Shown here: positions 63,036 to 64,000 of the stretch, one piece after another
How the letters are laid out: every line of letters starts with the position of its first letter
Position numbering within the stretch: position 1 is the first letter of the stretch
NCBI GenBank assembly: GCA_050613775.1
Contig: JBODTK010000011.1
Span: 434,001-498,000, forward strand
Source: Neocallimastix sp. 'constans'
Lineage: Eukaryota
Direction of reading: 5' to 3'
DNA: 64,000 bases
Position numbers and translations under genes: made by a program
Notes under the pieces: model-generated
What the model saw: only the letters and a program-made list of their open reading frames with translations
Databases searched by the model: none
What the model was told of the DNA's origin: nothing

Positions 63036-64000
63036 AAACAATTAAATTAATCTTTTTAAAGTTATTCCACACATTATTCTTTAAATTTGGTTAATTGTAA
63101 CAAATTATTAAAAAATTTTTTTTATGAAAGTGACATAATATATCCTAAAGGTAATAATAGATTATTATAAAATTTCACATATTTATAAAAGTATATATGT
63201 TATTTATTTTATTAATACAAAATATTATTATCATTATTGCTATTATTAATACTAATAGTAATAAAAATAATAGTATTTAGATTAATACTAATACTACTAA
63301 TAATAGTAATAATAATAATAAAAAGAAAATTAATATTTATATTTATATTTATTAATTAAAATCAAAAAAATGTCTATCAATAATAACCAAAATATTATAT
63401 ATTTCTGTTATATTTATTTTTTATTATTCATTCTATTAATTCTTTATTATTTTTTATTTTTATATTACATTTACAAATACATATGTTTTTTTACATATGT
63501 ATTTGTATTTTCTTTTAAATTTATTCTATATATATATTAACTTAAAATTTAATTATTAAAAGTTTAAACTTATTGATTTTATTATTCATTATTCTATTAA
63601 CTTTTTTATATAAATATAATAATTTATCTATATATATTAACAAAGTTTGTTTAATTTCTTATTTTAATGTCAAATATATTTAAATATAATATATAAGAAT
63701 AGCATTATTAAGAACTTCAATAAAAATATATTTTTAATATTTCTTTTTCATTAAAGAACAATAGAAATCTGTAGTTTTAAGAATGTTGAGGTATTTGGAT
63801 AACAAAAATTTTAAATAAAATTATAAAAATCTATCTTAATATTATTCCTACTTTTTTTTTTTTTAGACCTGATTTTAGAATTAGTATAAATATAAAGTGT
63901 TAATAATTTATAATATGTAATATTTATTAGTTAAAAAAAAAAGTTAATATATTACTAAAGTTTAACAGTATTGAAACAACTACTATAATTATAAAAATTA

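Overview
Extremely AT-rich, intron-containing eukaryotic DNA. The AT richness, the Neocallimastix-type GH11 xylanase and the hydrogenosomal HydE point to an anaerobic gut fungus (Neocallimastigomycota); this is an inference. Seven intact genes are supported: a spliced ELF1/ELOF1 missed by the ORF track, an intronless cytosolic HSP70 with a perfect 4-unit heat-shock element, a secreted ~1827-aa enzyme with six amino-acid-identical GH11 xylanase domains plus a C-terminal CE4 deacetylase, a 4-exon [FeFe]-hydrogenase maturase HydE with an organellar-type presequence, a Pho80/PCL-like cyclin, KRR1, and a ~17-exon TKL-type kinase with a C-terminal C1 domain. The window also holds a decayed Ty1/Copia element carrying a nested solo LTR, a decayed LINE, an ankyrin-repeat pseudogene and many micro/minisatellites. 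The most unusual item is the 6xGH11-CE4 polyenzyme. Exon boundaries were read by eye from GT/AG signals and frame continuity, and no database searches were run.
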